DNA from: Bacteroidetes bacterium SB0662_bin_6
Lineage (GTDB): Bacteria; Bacteroidota; Rhodothermia; Rhodothermales; VXPQ01
Length of the DNA: 64,000 bases
NCBI GenBank assembly: GCA_009839485.1
Contig: VXPQ01000032.1
Span: 26,982-90,981 of the forward strand
Direction: 5' to 3'
This document shows, in pieces, positions 60,765-64,000 of this stretch (position 1 is its first letter; every line of letters starts with the position of its first letter). The position numbers and the translations under genes are program-made. The notes beneath the pieces were generated by a model. That model was not told the DNA's origin and searched no databases. It saw only the letters and a list, made by a program, of their open reading frames with translations.

Positions 60765-62249
60765 TCATTGCGCTATAAAGCGCTCCACCTCGCCGTGAAC
60801 ACGCGCAACGGTTTCGCCGGAGGGCGGCGGCGTCATACAGGAGACCCCCACAGCAACCGCTGCGTTCACGAGAAGGGCCCACAGCCCGCCGTGTATGCCT
60901 AACGGATGAGGAAATGCGACCAGCGTAAGCCAGAGAATAATCATTCCGACGACCAATCCGGCCAGCACACCCGCCCGGCTGAGCGAGCGGCCGCCGGGAA
61001 AGCATATACCAATAATGGCAGGCATGAGCTGGAGGGCGCCTGCGCCGGACAGCGTAATGATGTGCACGAGTAAATCGCTCTTCGTCAGCGAAAGGATGCA
61101 GGCCACCACAAGAAGCGCAAGCACAATGATGCGCCCAACGAAAACGTAATGCGCCTGACTTTTCCCCCGTGCCACATAGCGCTGGTATACATCGCGCGTG
61201 AGCACTGTCATGTTCGCGTGCAGGATGGAATCCAGCGTGGACATGGCAGCAGCCGCGGCCCCGGCAAGAATGACGCCGGTAAGCCACGCCGGGGCATGTG
61301 CGAAAAGCAATTCGGGGAAAATGCGGTCAGCCGCTTCCAGTTCCGGCATGACCAGCGCTCCACCCAGTCCTACGAGTGCTGCAGGAATATAAAGCGTCAT
61401 CAAGTAGATGGGCGTGGTTGCGCCGAGCAGTTTGAGGGTCTTGCCGTCTACCGCCGTGTAATAGCGAATCATCATGTGCGGCTGAAAAACAATCCCGAAG
61501 GAAAGCGTGATCACCATCCCGATCCACATGCCGGGCGTGAAAAAGCCCGAAGGGCCCGGAAGCGTGAGCAAATCGGGCCGCTCCACGGCAACACGGCGCC
61601 ATAATTCGAACGGTCCGCCGAAAAGTTCGAAGGAAAGCAAAAGAGCCCCCGCCCAGATAGCGATATACATCCAGACGCCTTGCAGCACATCGGTCCAGTA
61701 GACCGCACGCAATCCCCCGATCATAAGGTGCACTACGGCCACGACAAGCATGACAATAACGCCGATCTCGAAAGAAATGCGGCCACCGGAGGCCACATCC
61801 ATGATGTAGCCGAGCGCAATGGCTTGCACCTGAATGTAGAGAATGGTGAACACCACGGAGACAATAGCGACCGCTATACGCACTGCCTCCGACTCGTAAA
61901 AGTCGGCGAGCATGTCCGCCGGTGTAACGTACCCGAACGCTTTGCCGAGCGCCCAGATACGGGAACCGAGTACGTACGTGATGGCGCCCACAAGCACAGT
62001 CCACGCTCCTGCAGCCCAGAACCCGATCCCGTGCGTAAAGAAAAAGCCTCCCGAGCCAAGAAAAGCAAACGCCGAATGGAAGGTGGCAACGACCGTAAGA
62101 TAGAGAACTACAAAGCCGGCCCGGCGTCCATAGAGAAAGAAATCCTCCATATCGACCGTCAAACGACGGCCTGCCACGACGGCTAACCCGAGCGTGACCA
62201 GCAGATAAATACCAATCAGGCCGGTAGCGACAACCCAGGTTTCCATCAT
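60765..62249 (-). CDS. Sodium:solute symporter family transporter
   Basis: About 13 TM helices with an SSF-type pattern. Preceded by a DUF3311-like small subunit gene. Confidence 0.9.
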   Translation of the reverse strand: MMETWVVATGLIGIYLLVTLGLAVVAGRRLTVDMEDFFLYGRRAGFVVLYLTVVATFHSAFAFLGSGGFFFTHGIGFWAAGAWTVLVGAITYVLGSRIWALGKAFGYVTPADMLADFYESEAVRIAVAIVSVVFTILYIQVQAIALGYIMDVASGGRISFEIGVIVMLVVAVVHLMIGGLRAVYWTDVLQGVWMYIAIWAGALLLSFELFGGPFELWRRVAVERPDLLTLPGPSGFFTPGMWIGMVITLSFGIVFQPHMMIRYYTAVDGKTLKLLGATTPIYLMTLYIPAALVGLGGALVMPELEAADRIFPELLFAHAPAWLTGVILAGAAAAAMSTLDSILHANMTVLTRDVYQRYVARGKSQAHYVFVGRIIVLALLVVACILSLTKSDLLVHIITLSGAGALQLMPAIIGICFPGGRSLSRAGVLAGLVVGMIILWLTLVAFPHPLGIHGGLWALLVNAAVAVGVSCMTPPPSGETVARVHGEVERFIAQ

Positions 62250-62285
62250 GCGGCCCTGATAAGGTAAAGGGAATTTCTCCGATGA

Positions 62286-62519
62286 CTACAGGCCCCGACG
62301 ATACGCCAGAATCAGCACGGCGATGAGGGCCGCATAGACAACGAACAGCGCCGCATACAAAAAAGGCACTCCAAAGAAAGACGGCTCTATCCGATTCAGA
62401 AAAGCATGGGTAACCGGCGGCATCGCAAGCATAAACAGCGCCGCGAAGATAAAGGTTACGATGCGCCCGTCACGGGTGCGGGGAAGAAATCGCCGGCGGA
62501 GAGGAGATGAGGAAGGCAT
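62286..62519 (-). CDS. DUF3311-like small membrane protein
   Basis: 77 aa with two TM segments. Its position directly upstream of an SSF transporter is typical for this family. Confidence 0.6.
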   Translation of the reverse strand: MPSSSPLRRRFLPRTRDGRIVTFIFAALFMLAMPPVTHAFLNRIEPSFFGVPFLYAALFVVYAALIAVLILAYRRGL

Positions 62520-62590
62520 AGGGGAAAATACGAAGGGCGCTACAGCGATGCATCAGGCCCCATCACACTCCCGATCGGGTCGCCAGCTAT

Positions 62591-63349
62591 CTACGAGGAT
62601 GTTTCCGAAGCCTTACCGGTCGGCTTCTTCTTTGTATCCGCGGCTTCGGATGCCTCCGCCTTTGTGTCCTCGGATGCTTTCGCCTTCGCGGGCTTGGATG
62701 TCTTCGCTTTCGCAGCCTTGGGCGCTTCCGTCTTTGTATCCTCGGATGCTTCCGGAACAGGCGCCTCTGCCTCTTTCACCTCTTCAGCCGGTTCCTCGGG
62801 AGCTTCCTCCTGCTCGTTAGCATCCTCGGGCATGGCTTCCTGGTCGTCGGAATCCTCGTGCGCTTCCACCACAGAGGTCTCGTCCGTCTCTGGTGGGGTC
62901 GCAGGCGTTACCTGCCTGGTGCTGCGACGACGGCCGCGCCGTGTCCGTTTACCGCTTTTCTGTGAGCCGGCTCCGCTCGCTCCGTCCGTCTCGTTGTAAT
63001 CAACAAGTTCGATAATAGCCATGGGGGCAGCATCCCCTGTGCGGCGGCCAATCCTGACCACACGCGTATACCCGCCCGGGCGCTCTCCAATCTTTTCGGC
63101 CACTTCGGTGAACAGGGTGGTGACGGCCTGCTTGTCCCGCAAATGCCGAAATACCTGCCGCCGGTTATGCTGCGAATCGTCTTTGGCCCGGGTAATAATG
63201 GGCTCGATGAAGGTGCGCAGGGCCTTGGCCCGCGGCACCGTCGTCGTCACGCGCTTGTGCGTGATCAACGCATTGCCCAGCGCTGCAAGCGTGGCCTTGC
63301 GATGGGATGCAGTACGTCCCAGTTTGTGCCGTTTTTTCTGGTGTCTCAT
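62591..63349 (-). CDS. rplQ: 50S ribosomal protein L17 with a ~130 aa charged low-complexity C-terminal extension
   Basis: [43 protein letters not shown]...[25 protein letters not shown]. This is followed by an E/D/K/A/T-rich tail to residue 252. Confidence 0.9.
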   Translation of the reverse strand: MRHQKKRHKLGRTASHRKATLAALGNALITHKRVTTTVPRAKALRTFIEPIITRAKDDSQHNRRQVFRHLRDKQAVTTLFTEVAEKIGERPGGYTRVVRIGRRTGDAAPMAIIELVDYNETDGASGAGSQKSGKRTRRGRRRSTRQVTPATPPETDETSVVEAHEDSDDQEAMPEDANEQEEAPEEPAEEVKEAEAPVPEASEDTKTEAPKAAKAKTSKPAKAKASEDTKAEASEAADTKKKPTGKASETSS

Positions 63350-63358
63350 AATATCCGG

Positions 63359-64000
63359 CTACGCCTTTTCCTCGTACTTTTCCTCGGTCATGCCAAAATG
63401 CAGGCCGCGGTCATTAAGCACGTGAATCAGTTCCTGCAACGATTTGCGCCCGAAATTCCGGAATTTCAGCATTTCCGATTCCTCCCGGCTGACCAGATCA
63501 CCGATATTCGTGATATTGGCGGCTTTCAGACAATTCTGTGCACGTACGGACAGGTCCAGTTCGTCCACGGGTTGTACAAGCAATTCGCGAATACGCTGCG
63601 TTTCCGTATCGACGACCTCTGCCTTCTCGGCAGGATCAGGTATGCTATCCATCGAAATAAACAGGTCCACATGATTCCGCAGAATGGTCGCGGCCTGCAT
63701 CAGCGCGTCCTCTGCCGAAAGAGAACCGTCCGTATCGATCTCCATCGTCAGGTACTCGTAGTCTATCTTTTGCCCGACACGCGTCGGCTTGACCGAATAC
63801 TTGACATTTCGGATGGGGGTAAAGATCGCATCAATGGCGATCACACCTATCGGATCGTCGGCGCGCTTGTTTTCATCGGCAGGGATGTACCCTCTCCCCC
63901 GCTCAATGCGCAACTCAATGCTCAGCGCCGCATTCTCATCCAGTGTAGCAATGTGATGATCCGGATTGAGCACCTCGAAATCATTCGTTGCGTCCCCGAT
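63359..64000 (-). CDS. rpoA: DNA-directed RNA polymerase alpha subunit (C-terminal ~213 aa; N-terminus lies beyond the window)
   Basis: IELRIERGRGY...PIRNVKY...CTD with VDELDLSVRAQNCLKAANI. The frame stays open to position 64000 (IGDATNDFEVLNPDHH...). Confidence 0.95.
   Translation of the reverse strand: MGDATNDFEVLNPDHHIATLDENAALSIELRIERGRGYIPADENKRADDPIGVIAIDAIFTPIRNVKYSVKPTRVGQKIDYEYLTMEIDTDGSLSAEDALMQAATILRNHVDLFISMDSIPDPAEKAEVVDTETQRIRELLVQPVDELDLSVRAQNCLKAANITNIGDLVSREESEMLKFRNFGRKSLQELIHVLNDRGLHFGMTEEKYEEKA

Overview
This 64 kb window is bacterial, about 58-62% GC, densely coded and mostly housekeeping. Gene content suggests Bacteroidota/Rhodothermota: a PorV/PorQ-type protein, an HsdR_N_2 protein, a TonB receptor with a CarboxypepD_reg N-terminus, a long SecA, acidic protein tails and no Shine-Dalgarno leaders. 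That assignment is an inference, not a database result.

Recognisable blocks:
- A GH32 fructanase with an MFS sugar porter.
- recN-pgm, secA, a 2-oxoacid dehydrogenase E2, and hppA-pth-rplY-prs-tRNA-Gln.
- pyrR-pyrB, and Fe-S carrier genes (nfu-like, mrp).
- An RsbU/RsbV/RsbW-type partner-switching module.
- tRNA-Val followed by thrS-infC-rpmI-rplT-pheS-pheT-zapA.
- ubiE, def-ruvX-HU, a RelA/SpoT homologue, an SSF transporter, and rplQ-rpoA.

I saw no rRNA, CRISPR array, transposase or prophage. The high GC produces many long antisense ORFs, which I rejected.

Best candidate for an undescribed system: a co-directional three-gene oxidative cluster at 25089-29793 on the minus strand. It encodes a KshA/Neverland-like Rieske oxygenase, a COG2907/UfaD-like FAD oxidoreductase, and a cytochrome P450. 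The P450 carries an N-terminal GOLPH3/GPP34-like domain and lacks a recognisable I-helix acid-alcohol pair. I read this as possible membrane-lipid tailoring, which is inference only.

Other leads:
- A putative metal (Zn?) uptake locus with a TonB receptor, a His-rich lipoprotein, a His/Cys membrane protein and a small protein with a HGDHVHYVP histidine-triad motif.
- A recurring intergenic motif, TTAGGGCCTGTTAACACTAT. One copy is split by a 135 bp insertion flanked by TTAA.
- A structured non-coding stretch of about 350 nt that ends in a terminator-like hairpin.
- Nine helically phased A-tracts upstream of rpmI.
- A tyrosine-recombinase homologue lacking both catalytic arginines.
- A membrane-anchored protein built of four roughly 105-120 aa repeats, divergent from the PP2C phosphatase.
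- infC, which needs an AUU start.

All calls come from reading the sequence and the ORF translations. No searches were run.
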